From positions 8,079,919-8,143,918 of the forward strand of contig CM082584.2 in assembly GCA_040954595.2 (NCBI GenBank): a stretch of 64,000 nucleotides of DNA, read 5' to 3'. The notes beneath the pieces were generated by a model. It saw only the letters and a program-made list of their open reading frames with translations, was not told the DNA's origin and made no database searches. Positions within the stretch are counted from its first letter, which is position 1; each line of letters opens with the position of its first letter. Below, piece by piece: positions 37,687 to 55,265 of the stretch. The stretch is from Balanoglossus misakiensis (taxonomy: Eukaryota; Animalia; Hemichordata). The translations under genes and the position numbers were made by a program.

Positions 37687-38849
37687 TGCTCATAGAAGAC
37701 GTAATCTGATTTTAATGTTCAAATTATAACATAAAAGAAAGGGAATAATATATGTTGTGGTGAGTTACTATACGTCTTATGCTTTCCTAAGATGATTGTC
37801 AACCCCAATAACTGTCAATATCGTCCAAACATGTGTAAAGGGATTTTAGTCGACAAGTGAAATGGGATAGGCCTGCATATGTTAACTTGGTGGATATCGC
37901 GGCTGGACCAAGCTGCAAAAAGCATGGTTGCCCACTTTGCCTGTGATTAAAATAAATTCACAGACACAGAAACAAAACAGAGATAAAAGAAAAAAATAGT
38001 AGACTTAATGAAGAATAGTCTCACAATAAAATCGCTTTTCCTATATCTCATGTCACAGTCCCTAAAGAAGTTCGTTCGTTGAAGCGAAACAGTGGAGTCT
38101 GCGCAGTGTGACTTGCCCCAGTTTCACAGACGTCACTCCCCACTACTCAGATTGCAACGATCCATACCTCCGACGATGGTGGGTCCCTCCCCCAGGAGAC
38201 TCGGGGCCGCTCCTATATCAACATTTTAACCAAACGCGATCACACAGTGTTTCATATCAACATTTTCACATAGCATTTGAACCAAGTCTACACCACCCAG
38301 CTTTGCTTTCATCTCTGTGTGAGGTTCCACTCAAGGGGATCAGATTCCGTTCTCTTTGACTTCGACCTCGAAATTCGAAATGCTTACCAAGTCAAATGTT
38401 ACATATTTCCCTCAAATAATTGCAAGGCATGAAATCAGCTAGAATTTTTATTCGTATCTGCCAACCCTGTTTTGAAAAAGCGTCATCGGAACGATACAAT
38501 TTGCTTGGCCTTACAGAGACACTTTGGTATAATGAGTTTTATTTAATCAATCCGCTGGGTTTTTGCCAATCCCTGGCCAGCTTAATTACCAGTCCCCGAT
38601 GTGACTAGACGAACACTACTTCACGACGCTATAGCGACATTATGCAAGCTGATCTCGGGAGCGAAACTTGGATATATCGTATGACCACAATCTAACTGTG
38701 TGCACCTCTCCTGAAGTGAGACGAACATGTTCCTCACCCGGTTTTAGAAAATGAAATAAATACTTCTTACAGATCACTGTTAGGATAGGTACTGCATTGC
38801 CAACACAGATCCAGCAACTTTGCCATATAGGCTAAGGCTTTGCCTCGCT

Positions 38850-41545
38850 ATGCCGAACATATCAACTCGACGGACATTCAGAACTAGACGTGCCACTCTG
38901 GAACGACTTGGATTTCTAGTTTGCCTGGGCTTCGTCTTGATTTTGACGATGACAGTTCGTTCTGGAAGGGGGAGTATATCGGACAAGTGTGCACAGCCGT
39001 CTGTTGGACAGAGTCTCAACAAACATTCTCACATGCGCAAATCCCAAGGTTTGGTCAGCGAAGTCGTCTCAGCTGCGTTAATACCCGGCCGGCAGGCCAC
39101 CGTCATCAAGAACCTAGAGACAACACTGAACAACCCGAATCCTATATTAAGGTCGTACCTGGAGCACTATGAGAACATGTTCAACAATTCTCTTGAAAAA
39201 TATCCACAATCCCAAAACCGCACCGGTGGCCGGGTGCACGCAAACAGAACTGAAAACGCAGAGGATGTCCTATGTACGATGCAGACAAAGGCGTTCATCA
39301 GTGTTCTGGATCAACAAACCAGCCCACTAAGAGAACTCGGCCTGGCGCAGTTTTTCCCCGTCGCCGATCTCCTTGGGCCGGTCCCCAAATATGATACGTG
39401 CGCGGTGGTTGGAAGTGGCCGCAATTTGAAAAATTCTAATTTTGGATCCGAAATCGGTAAGCATAATAGGGTGGGTAGTGTGGCATTATGTGGATGGTTA
39501 GTGCGATTGTTGAAATGGGTTCGGGTTGGGTTTGATAGGGTTGGCGCATGGGTGTATTGGTGGTTGACAGAAGGAACTGCGTACCAGCCTTAACATCCAC
39601 AAACTTTTAATAGCTTGGTACGGGTAAAGTTTCAGCCAGATAGTGTGGACATCTCAACCAATGTTTCCGATGCATGGGTGAAATCAGCTTAGCGAAATCA
39701 AAGTTGCACAGACTTTGAGTTTCGGATCTGGTATCACTTCTGGCTTACTTTGGCCACTGACATTTCCAGACTCACACGAAGCAGTGTTAAGATTCAATGT
39801 GGCGCCAGTGAAAGATTTCGCAGTCGACGTTGGAACGAAGACATCCATTCGACTCATCAACAACCAAATCATACAAAGAGCCGAACTCACGGCAGAGCTG
39901 CTTCGATTGGAAGAGGTGTCCCCAAACGTAACTTTCGTGTCATGGAGGGACACTGCCACGTATAATGGAAACCTATACCAGGTAATCTGAAAGAGAGTGT
40001 ATGGAGATGTTCGTTACTGTGTGGGCTAAGAATCTAGATGGTCATTTCGGCCTTTAATAGTAGTATTGTATGCCCACGGTCTCCTGTGTGGAGAGACGAT
40101 GGTTTACCCTATACTTCTTTTCCTGTCTACCGCGGGTGGTTCTAAATATCTGATGTTAACGTTCGGCATCGACACAGTAATAAAGTGAGCTGGGGCGTGA
40201 AGACGTGCCCTTAATAATGTGCTGCTCATTGCCCTAGAAAGTAAGTAATTAAGCAGCAGCAACAGTTATAAATTACCGATTACTTTTTGTGTCGTCAAGC
40301 TAAATATATTGGATTGTAATGTTGAATTGTTGTGAGACGACTATTGTCTCATAATATGATTAAAACCGTTGAACCTAATAAGCAATGTTCATACATGAAA
40401 CCTGAGCACTGTCCAAATTATCACGAATGTTAATTTTGTATGCAAAGAACCTGGCAAATTGTCAAAAATGGTATCCAATGATTATAGTTTTGTTTCTTTA
40501 TCCCCGTCTTTTCAATTTGTCAGTGGGCCAGGGACAGCTTGCAATTTCTGAAGGGGTATATCTCTTGGAGGTTGAATCACCCTGACAAGACTATGTACGT
40601 CATCAATCCGACATCTCTCTGGCGAGGCTGGGACGTTATTCAGGAATACTGTGAAAATCCAATTATTGGACACACACCTTCATCGGGATTCGTTGGTGAG
40701 GAATTTTATTTCGCTTCTGCTCGGTATTTTTGCGAGTGATATGCATGGCAAATGAGATAAAATAGTCCCTGGTGAAAACGTGTTGAAATAAAAACTTTGC
40801 TCCATTTTATATTCCCTTTGCCATCCCATTCAATGTTTATAAAAAAAACACATTCTTACTGTATTTATACCGATGGTTTTCTCATAACAGTTGTTTACGG
40901 CAAGTTGTAAACTAATCACCTGGTCATCACTATGAGTGCATCGGCCTATACACGGGAACTACTTTATGCTTGTTGTAAACATTGGACTCGATGAACGATA
41001 GCGCTGAGCATTGCGACCCGCCACTACGATCGCCAAAACGTGGTGGTTATTCCTAATTTCGACACATCATTTTGTCATCCTTCCCTAGTATCGTCCGTAG
41101 AGCAAGGCGTTTAGAAGTCTCTCGCTATCATCGCTGTTATCGAATATTGCCGGCGATGGGATCTCGTGACCTCTGAACTACTGACCAACTGACCTAACGT
41201 GACCTATTATGCTGGCGAACTTGAAATCAGCCTCATGATGTATGTTAATGTTTACCCACAGGTGTGCAACTTATGCTACCGTTATGTAAAGTGGTCGACG
41301 TGTACGGCTATATACTACCAGAAAACGGGATAAACAACATGTGCCATTACTACAATGACGCATGCTCCGACAAAGAAACGCGATTTCACCACCCCATGCG
41401 TGAAGAGCGCCACCTCATGTCGAAAATGAACATTGGAAGCCCGGACGACGTCAGAAGAACGGGCAAAATCACTCTGAACGGGTTTTCATCGCAACCTTGT
41501 CTCCACACGCAGCATGCTAACGCGGTCCATGTACATGATCCCTGA
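38850..41545 (+). CDS. Beta-galactoside alpha-2,6-sialyltransferase-like (GT29), type II membrane protein
   Basis: N-terminal TM ([15 protein letters not shown]). Sialylmotif [53 protein letters not shown]; motif [24 protein letters not shown]; motif III HYYN; motif VS HPMREE. Exons ~38850-39456, 39770-39981, 40524-40694, 41262-41545. ST6GAL subfamily inferred from motif context. Confidence 0.9.
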
Positions 41546-42608
41546 AGCAAAACACCTGGCGATCGAGGAATACGCACCAAGCATATCGAACATGGACCAT
41601 TACAGTTACTGAACTGAAAACATGCCTTCCTATCAGCATTTCACCAAAAGCTAACACAGTGCATCTCATACGGAACACATGTTCACCACAGACCAGCACA
41701 TCACATAATATTACAGACGACATGACATAATGTATTATTTGAGACACAAAAACTAATTTATTTGCAGACTAGGCTGATCAACAAAAATACTCTTTACACA
41801 AGGAGATGTTTGCTGTTTTACAGATCACATAAGTACAAAGAGAAACATTACAAATACAACCATCTAGTGAAATCATTTCACCATTTGGTGCTCAGTTTAG
41901 ACGTGTTGTATCTCCAGAAAATAAAAATTACATTAACCAATCCAGTACACGAGTCTGGTGGCTGCAAATACAAACCGTGACTTGTACAAAGTGCTGGCAG
42001 TTATTCACACCAAGTCACAGACTGACAACGACAAAATATTTTTAAGACTTCTGAAGACTGAAGAAAAGTTACATCAAATTTCTAATGCTAATGATGATAA
42101 ATCTCAGACAGCATAATAGACTGTTGAAAAAATATACATGTATATAGAAGCACCTTTTTATTCATTCATTCAATGGTGCACAATGATAGGTCAGTTCTGT
42201 GCCAAATACAATAATGGAAATATTTCTCAAAAACAATCAAAATGGATTGTATATGCAGATAGATATTGTACTGAGAGTGCCACTTAGTTTGTGAGTTGTC
42301 TTGTTTAAATGCACAACAATTTTGTTTCCTCTTCAGAAAACCAAACATGATATGTTATGATGACAATTCATGTACAGAATATGTTAAAGTTCACATCTGC
42401 GATATCCTTGTATTAAAATTACTTCATATGCCCAAAACAAAATCGCCTCTGTCTGGGAAAGTCTGACACTGTAAACCTCGTGGACTGGTGGCTGGTATGG
42501 GTTTAAGTCCATGTCAAGTGTAAAAGGCTGTATTCATTCCAGTTCAGGTCGAGGGCAGGCCTACGTTCTGTGGTTCGTAGTAATGAGGGCTGTTTCGTGG
42601 ATGCCGCG

Positions 42609-46228
<3,620 letters not shown>

Positions 46229-46766
46229 CTTCGTCTGATTTGTGAGTACAAGTGTTGTAGATGACCCAAATTTCGTGTGAAATCAATGAAAACCGGCTCT
46301 CATTCCTCCATTATTTATTCCGCATATTTGGGTTTCGAGCTGGGGAGTCCTTGCAGTGGCTTCCGGCTTCCGGGGTCTGCACACACTGATCTGATTATTT
46401 TGTGTGCGGTTGCAAATTACTAGAATAGAACTCATACTTTTGTTCATGTTATATAAAAAGTCGAGACATATGACATAAAATGTGATGTGCTCTAAACTCA
46501 ATTTCACCCAGTATCCGTTGCAAACGATTAAATGATAAAGTCAACGTGTCGTCCTAATCTTCTCGTGTGTGACTCCCCGTGTCACTCTAAAGTGCGACAC
46601 CAAGTGGCAGGATTTCAGTTTTCTCTCGAAAATTTTAACGTGTAAACGCGTACGTTGTTTACAAGCACAGAAAGTGACATGGGCATTGGACGCAGAGAAA
46701 ATTCAACTGTACAGGCATTGCGGCTGTGCAGCTCATCCGTTATTATTTCAGCCCGGGCGATGTAGA
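46229..46766. promoter_or_regulatory. Bidirectional promoter between SLC30A7 and NADK2
   Basis: Divergent start codons ~540 bp apart; tandem CTTCCGG ETS-like motifs at ~46360-46374. Confidence 0.55.
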
Positions 46767-49700
46767 ATGCATCATAGGTTGATTGCATTTTTGCCAACGC
46801 GGCTGCGACTGCTGCGGCCAAAGGACATTTCTGCAGCCGGGAACATCGCTAGATTTTGCAACGTCGCTGAACAAGATGGCGCGTCGCCAGCTGTTTTCAA
46901 CCCTGCACGTGTGCTGGTGTTGTCCAAGACAACGAGGTACCAGTTCGAGAGGAGGCGGTTCGCTGACCTGAGTGAAGACCAGTTGAGGCGAAAAGTGAGT
47001 GTCTGAAATTTATAACTGAACGGGTTATATTTGTGAGACACTTTCCGTGTTTCTGTGTACTGAGCTGCGGTCAGCTGAGCACATTCAATGTTTTCTAATT
47101 CCGAAACGTAAACAAAGCTTCCAACGTCATCTATTGTTGTAGTGAACTTCATTTGCGTATAACGGCAACCCACACTTGCACTTTTTGCGTCATAAAATCG
47201 AAAACTTGCTAGTATCCCTCAAACTGCAGGGCGCATGATGAATTCCGAATGGCATACACGTCTGTCATATTCAACATGATAAACATTCGACCTTTGCAAA
47301 CTGAACTCTTGGAAGCCATAGATGAGATCGCCAATTGCACGTTTTCGTTTCACATGGTGCGGTTTTACGGCCGCTGTCATGACCTGAAATAAATTAAACG
47401 TGGACCTCTTCTCCCCTCTCAAGTTACGTAGCGAGGGCAGCAATAATCTACAAATGTTGAAGAAAACAAACTGCCAAAGTGAACAGACCCCTTCTACATT
47501 TGTATGGAATGCATTACATAATATTTACCTGCAGCAACAAATCAATATGTGTGTGTTATATGCAGGTGCATGTCTTAGCTCTGCACCTGACAGTCTTAGC
47601 TCTGCACCACAGTAATATCACAATACTGGGTTCTGATGACGTATGGCCAAATATTGTTTTGTGATTTTTATCAACCCTCCCAAGTGCAACACTAAGTCAT
47701 TGGCTATATGCCCTTGTAAACATGGTTTCACTGGCAGCCTCTTCTCAAAGGACTGCATTATTCTGTCAACCTGGTGTGTTAATCATAGCTTTCCAACCTT
47801 CCTCTTACAGTGCCTGCGTTGGAGCTTGAATGAAGTTTCATGATTTGACTGTCCTCATATTTTTTTGCAGCTGGCTCGTAGAGGATCTGATTACGCCAGT
47901 CTTCTGGCAATACACAAGGTGCATACTGATAACCTGGATACGATTGTGCACACATTAGAGTGAGTATATGCGTTCACTTTTCATATAGCCGCCATTGAGT
48001 TGTACCATGCGACACACTTATATTCTTTTGACCTCTGACCCCAGTCTACTTTATCCAATCACATGGTGACTGTGAGTGTGGCCGGTCACTCAGTGTTTGT
48101 GAACTCAGCTGTCTCTCCCCCCCCCCCCCCTTTTTGCAGAAAAAAGAAGATTGAACACAAAGTGGTGTCCCGAGAGGACTACACATACGATAACATACAG
48201 TGGGCAGATGCCATCATCTCGGCGGGTGGCGACGGCACCTTTCTGCTGTCGGCAAGCAGAGTGTTCAACGATATTCCCGTCATCGGAGTCAACACTGATC
48301 CCACCAGATCCGAGGGATTCCTGGCTTTGCCGAACAAATGCATGCTGCGCTTTGAGGACACCATGGAAAAGTTGTTGGCCGGAAAATTCAAGTAAGTCGC
48401 ACTGTAAGATTTGTCCCTCACACGCATTAAACCCCTTCACCACCATGGTTCAACCCAAAGATATTGTTTTCTATGGTAAGGTTGGACCTTTGGAGAGGGA
48501 CCTGGTGGTGAAAGGGTTAAAGGTAGTATTCACCTTAGGGACAGATTCTTTGCTGTGTATTAGTCTGTGTTTGAGGGAGTCCGAGACTTTGATTTTCAAG
48601 GTGCATACTAACTACCTAATCAGGGAAGGTGGGCGGAAAACCAACCTTTAATCTCCTGATGCAACACAACAGGCTGGGGTGTACCGTAGATCAGGCACCT
48701 CACCTGTACTGTCTAAGCCCTTACCCTGTCTTCACGTTCAGAAAAGTTGCAGTATACACCTGTATAAAGTAAACACCTCTTGTGTGTCACTCCCCTCACA
48801 TACATGCTTACATTTCCCATGTCTAAAACTCGCCCACCTAGGTGGACCTGGAGACAGAGGATCCATGTGACTGTACAGGGGGGCCACGTAAACTATGACC
48901 CCATTGATCTGTACGAGGAACAGCTGAGATACCCAGAGTATTACGAGAAGCACTACAGAGAGAGAGAGGGCAACGCTGAGTGCCCAACGTGTACAGAGAA
49001 TTCGCCCAGAGTTTTACCAATCTATGCCTTGAATGAAGTCTTCATTGGGGAGTCGCTAGCGTCAAGGTCAGTGTGCCCTGTAAAAAAGATAAGTGTAGAT
49101 AAGATTATTGGAGGGCAAGATGAAAAAAATCAAAATCTCCTTCAGAAGTTTCTGAACGAGCGACTCAAGAAGTAGTTACTTAATATGGGTGTGGATGAGA
49201 AATGATAGACTTGGACAGATTTCAGAACATGCCTGTAACAGGGTCTGATTATTAGCTGGGACTTATTAATTTGCTAACCCAGACAGGCCCTGGATTAGCT
49301 CCGAGCTGACCAAGGTGGTAACTTACCGGTAGTTCAAATATGTTCTGTATCGATGTTCTCCTTTGTGATGTGTTGCCCAATGTTGAAATACAAATGTACG
49401 GTATTAACAGTTTTGTCTGTGCACAAAATATCAATTACCATGTCTGTGAACTCACTGCCTGCTCTCTGATGCAGAGTATCCTATTATGAAATAAGCGTGG
49501 ATGACGGTCCGAAAGAGAAGCAGAAGAGTTCAGGACTGACTGTGTCGACTGGCTCGGGGTCCACATCCTGGTAAGTGGGGCAAAGTCTGTGTGTCTCCTC
49601 CTTCAGTTGTGAAGTGGTGAAAAATAATGATAGTGCGCTAGCCGTGGCAGTGTGGTCAACTTTGACATCTTTTACTCGCTTATCACAGGTTCTTCAACAT

Positions 49701-50355
49701 CAACAAACTACCAGAGAAAACCATTCGGGATATCCTGGACATTTCGAGACAAGAGACGAGTGTAGACATGGCGATAGACGACAAACTTGTCAAGAAGGTT
49801 GCCAAGACGTACAACCGGGCATTGGCCTATTCCCCGTCCGATACCAGGATGGCATTCACCATCAGAGATCCGGTCGTCAATGGAGTCTACAGTGTCAAGT
49901 CACCGAGAGGGTTTGCAAGAAAGTATGTGAAATTGTAGTTGTCACAACAAGAAATTGTACTCTTCCCCCAAAATCTGTGTGTGTACAGTAAACCCTGTTT
50001 AAGCCATACACCAATGGTACTGAAGAAATTGTTCAGAGGTGTCTGGTATATACTTGTGTATAGAGGTTCTTTTAACATGGTTCTACATGTATGTGTAAGG
50101 GACTTCAAAATGTGTTTGGTATAGACAGGGTTCCAGATATTTAAGACAGATTTCTTTTCTAGACAGGTTTTACTGTAAGAAAACATGGCTCCATTTTTTT
50201 CTACTTTCAGAATAACTGTCCGTTCGAGGATGTGGGACGCTTGTCTGGTGATTGACAGTGGTTCCTCCTTCGTGTTCAATGACGGGGCCATCGCCAGCAT
50301 GGAGATTGACAGCAAGAATGCCTTGCGGACGATTTCAACGGTAGATTTTTCCTGA
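46767..50355 (+). CDS. NADK2: Mitochondrial NAD kinase 2
   Basis: Arg-rich presequence; VLSKTTRYQFE; WADAIISAGGDGTFLL; VIGVNTDPTRSEG; ALNEVFIGESL; KQKSSGLTVSTGSGSTSW; VRSRMWDACLVIDSG. Seven exons. Confidence 0.94.
48427..48519. mobile_element. ~90-bp TTAA-flanked MITE
   Basis: TTAAACCCCTTCACCACC...GGTGGTGAAAGGGTTAA. Confidence 0.65.
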
Positions 50356-51913
50356 TGAATGCCCCAAAATGAGATGTCGAAAAAGGCGCAACAAAGATAC
50401 CAAAGTAAACGTAAAAACGCACCCCCATTTTGAAGTACAGAGGTCAACAGAAACTTGCAAGATTATTCCACCAGGAAGGTGTTATATGATGATCATATCA
50501 ACCAAGCACCAGAACAAAAGACATTATTTTAACACACCGACAAAGAAAATGTATATGCAGGATTTTATGACCAGCCAATTGATTGATATAATATTCCTAT
50601 GTGAATGCGCTAGATGCACTGGTGTCAAAATAACTACCAAAATAATGTCAAAAGACAGTTCCTTTGCCCTCTTGATAATAGCAGGTCAAAGGGTTTATCG
50701 AAAATCATGTGGTTCGTGTAAATTTATCCAAATAATTTCACCAGCCTCCGAGAATATCCTGTGAAATAATAATGGTATGAAAATGTTTGCCATTAGTAAA
50801 TGCAAATACTACTACTGCCTTTTGTGTTATCACCAATAGTGAACTGTTTTCTTTTGGCAGTCTTGATTTAATTACGCCTGTGGTGATCATAAATCAAAGC
50901 TACCTACTCCAAAATTTGTGCAGTTTTGTATATACTCCTGCAAGGTCATTGTCATAAGACAACTGCACGTTAAAAGTTTGAATTTACTCTGTGGTAATTA
51001 CTTCACTTCATTTATTTATTTGAACTGATTTCCTCTTGAAGTATTTTCATCAAGTTCTACTGATGTCAAATAGGAATTATTTTGCATATTGCTTGAGCCT
51101 TCAAGTTGGATTTTTCTGCACAAAAGGGTAGAAGCGCAGGTTATTTTCTCATCAAATGTGTGTGTACAAGAATTTCTAGCGTGAACTAGTGTTGTCGTTC
51201 TGTGTGGATTTAACTGGAGTACAATTTATACAATGAACTGTGTTGATCTCAGCTGCTGTGTGTTTGCTAGTGGATTGAAAAAACTTAATATAACCGAGTG
51301 GTGTCTATTTTGTGAAATTTATAATAGCAAGCAATAAATGCTTATGGCTGTAAGTGAAGATGGGAGTGTATTTCTCTGTTATGAAAGTTGTCATTCTCCG
51401 TACAGAGATTGTAGCTATATAACCTAGCTAAGGGGACTGGCTGCACCATACCTGGCCCTCCTGAAGTAGTGTGGACAGTCATGCTTGTTGGCACTATTGG
51501 ATACATGTGCATGCAGAAGGAACATGATGTCAACTCCAGTCCAAAATAATGCAACTATGTATTACCAGTATATATTCATTTTAATTGCAATCAACAGTCA
51601 AATCTCCACTCACTTCTTATCTTGATAGGTGGGTTTAAAAGTAATAACAACTGGTACAATGATGATAGCTTTGGTAAATACTGTGTCCAATTACAATAAA
51701 TTGGTCTTCATCCTGAGAGTAAGCACATGTAAAACTCAAATTTGCATTGCTTTGGTTACAAGTATTGCAGGATGTTTGATACTAAATCTGCATATTAAGT
51801 TTCAAAAATTGTCATGTCCATCTCGGGGGAAATTCGTTGTTGTCTACCGAAAGAAAATCGGCAGACAGTACAACAGATTCAAATGTAATTGACCAGGCAA
51901 CAGATATCAGCGT

Positions 51914-54748
51914 TCACTTCTTCCTCGGTGCCAGTACGGTCTTGTAAATGTCCTTGGCATTGACCGCTTCGTAGAGGGTTACGGTCAGGTTCTGGGGCGT
52001 GGCTTCCATGTAGCCGAAGCCCCCCAAGCCCAGTATGTTGGCCCAGTGATATTTCAGCGAGCCAGGGGGTACGGCGTCCTTGTGTTTAGTTGAGGGGTCT
52101 ACAATGTCACCGGCGCCGATGACGAAGTAGTTGACACTGGAGTTGTTTTCTTTCAGGTACTGTTGAGAGACAATGTCGTGTGTTAGAGTTATAGGGTAGT
52201 GTGTTGCTCAGGGCAGATTTTCATACAAATGATAGTTCACCGAACCTTGCGACTTGAACCTTCATATATGCTCAAATATGCACTATTAAAAGCCCGAAAT
52301 GTTGCGTTAAGGGTAAAAACAAAAGCCATGTACTTTATAGTCGTAGATGGCGTTGTACGTATCAAATTTTCATAGTAACAGCAAACTCCTAGTTATTCAA
52401 CTTGATAAACAGGATCCACCCATACCTGTAGATTGTGGTCGTGACCGCAGAAATAGGCTGTGACGTCATACTTTTCCAGCAAAGGTTTCAGCTGAGCGAC
52501 CAGCTGAGAATTTGGGCCGTGTTCTGCGATGGACCATACAGGGTAGTGACCTCCAACTATGATGTAATCACTGAAACAAAGAAATACGTATTGTCTGTGA
52601 TACTGAACATTATTCGGGGAAGGGTAACCTTAAATACAACATGCCCCAAATTCCTCAGGCCCACACCCTTTCATGATGAATGAAAGCTCCCTCACTCTGT
52701 CGACGTCCTCAGTGTGTTCTCGATCCACTCCAGTTGCGCGTCTGCCACTAGGGGGTCCTCGGGTCCAGCCAAGTCCGTGCCCGGGGTGTGATCATCGGTG
52801 TTGCCGGTCAGAATGACCGTGTCTATAAGAACTAGCAACAGGCTGCTGTTTGAATTGGGAATTGGAAATCGTCTGCTGTAGTAGAGCTCTGGGAAATTCC
52901 TGTGGACAGAATGACATGCCTGTGCTGTGATATCCAGACGCCAAGATTTTAACAATAGCATCTGCGGCATATAGTCGCCTATGAGCCGTCCGGAAAAAAA
53001 TATTTGATATAGGCTAATCTTGGAAATGTTTGCTCTGTTCGAGACGTCACCTAGTTCTAAGTTGAGTTGAACAACGTGACCAATGATTCCGAAAAAAGCA
53101 ATGCAATTTATCAGACCCTAAAAGCTTACCATCTTTGTGAGACGTGTGTGTAAGCAAGCTGCGCCGTGATATTTCCCAGGTGGTCATGGTTACCAGCGCA
53201 CACATACCATGGCTTCTGAAGTGACGACGCTGTGAACACCTTCTCAAACGTTTCCTGTTAACGATTTAAAGGTTGTGTTCAACGAACTGTCAAAGTCTAT
53301 TATTCACAAGCGGAAAACAAGGGAAAACATCCGCATTCTACTTCTGGAAACAACATTTGTACTTCACGATAAATTTCGCAGGAGTTCCATTCCCTAAAAG
53401 GGAAGACATACATACACACACATACATACGGACGGACGGCCACACACACGAACGAAGAGAAAGACACGTGCAAACAGACAGACTAAACAAAACCATCAAT
53501 GACTTAAGTACCTGAAATCTCTTATCATTGACGTCTTTTACACCCGTTTCATAAAAGTTATCCCCCAGGGCTATGGTGAATTCAGACCCGAGTGCATGGG
53601 CCACCTTCCCCATGGTGTCGGCAACGGCTGTCTCGAACGGTGACGTGTACGGGAAGATGGGAATACCGCCCCAGTCTCCCAGAGCTGTGAATCGCAACGC
53701 ATTCTCAGCCGACGCTGTAATAGATATATATCGTTTGGATTAAAGCGAGAAACTCAAAATATTTGTCTCGACAAGCAATATACGGGTAACTTTCACTTCT
53801 GCTTGTCATTACAATTTTTGTTTCTTAAAAGTAAAATATAAAAATCTCGTTTTTAAAATGCTCGGTTTATATATAAGACGTGTTTGTGGATGTGCAATCA
53901 TAATTATTCAATCCTATACACAGATGTGACAGAGAAATCTGCGCACTTACTAGCTGCAGTTCAGTAGCTCGATGTTTTGCCTTGGTTTGTGTATTTGACG
54001 GCAAAACCAGCCGTCGAACACACAAACCAAGGCAAAACATCTAGCTACTGAACTGCAGCTACGCAACTACTAGTATTATCAATAACTAATACGTTCATCA
54101 AATTACTTCGCTGTAAAAACAGTGCTACGAAATAATGCTCCATGACTGCGTGAGATCGTTCCAAAGTCTTTTGGAACAAGTCAAGTGCACGTATACAAGT
54201 ACAGTTCCAAATCTATTCGACGATCAGGTTGAACTATTATCTAAACGTTGATCAGCGCACTGACACCCAGTTTGTTTATCCATTGAATTCTGAAACACTG
54301 TCAGAAGGCGATCAAAGTACAGTAAGTGTTGTGTTTTTATGTCAACGAACTACACGTCAACCGGAGCTGAAGTCATTCGCAGTGTAAACGTCCAAACGAA
54401 GAAGGAAGTACACGACGTAGCTCAAGTCACAATAAATTAACAGTAAATTAACAGTCGCGAAGCCCCCACTTATGCCACTTGAAAATATCTTAAATCCATT
54501 ATACAATATATTATAGTAAATAATATTATTTTCCGAACTTTGGCTTCGTCTGTGATCGAACCACCAGTGGTCACTCGGTCCCGAAACTACACTGCAGTCA
54601 TCCTGATTAACGTATATTATCGTTAGTGCTGGCGGACGGGCGAACGTCCTGACACTGCTGTTTGCGATAACAGACCCCAAAACATGTTAACAGTATTCTC
54701 ACCTGTTGCTATCCCGAGAATGACTATGAATACTGCTAATCGTGGCAT
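51914..54748 (-). CDS. ACP5: Tartrate-resistant / purple acid phosphatase type 5-like, copy 1
   Basis: Signal exon [15 protein letters not shown]; [10 protein letters not shown]; ALGDNFY; [10 protein letters not shown]; [12 protein letters not shown]; [10 protein letters not shown]; GGFGY. Six exons. Confidence 0.9.
53951..54061. mobile_element. 111-bp near-perfect hairpin element, TAG...CTA termini, decayed 9-bp TSD
   Basis: TAGCTGCAGTTCAGTAGCTCGATGTTTTGCCTTGGTTTGTGT...ACACAAACCAAGGCAAAACATCTAGCTACTGAACTGCAGCTA; flanks CGCACTTAC / CGCAACTAC (7/9). Confidence 0.8.
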
Positions 54749-55265
54749 GTTGCGACTTCCACTGGCACCGACTTCACCTGTCCGTACAGTATAGCGTTGT
54801 TAACGATCACGTTATATACATGTACATGTACTTTGAAGTTGTACTGTACTGTACTGACTCAAACTCAAAGGTTTACCACTAACATGACCTAATTACTATT
54901 AACTGATAAATGACAGTCAAAGGGGATTAGACAAGCGAACAGGAATTATGCCCTCTCGTGTTGGTGGACTATAATTTCTGTTTATGACATTTACCATGTA
55001 AGAAGTCCACAACAGAATATTGTGTTTTCATTGGCATTTTTTTATTCCTTTGCAAAACAAGAAATCTCAGTTGTCATTGTTAAAAGAAGCAGCACCGATT
55101 CTCTGTTAAAAAGTCCCTGATTATTCACCAAAGTTGTTAAAGCATATTCAATACCGTGTAAATACCAAGACGGTTTATGTATTTCGTTCATTGCTGTAAA
55201 TTTTACATGGTTCGTTCATTATCCATTGCACAGTATTACCGGGCCAGCTGCCTATAGCAGGTGCC

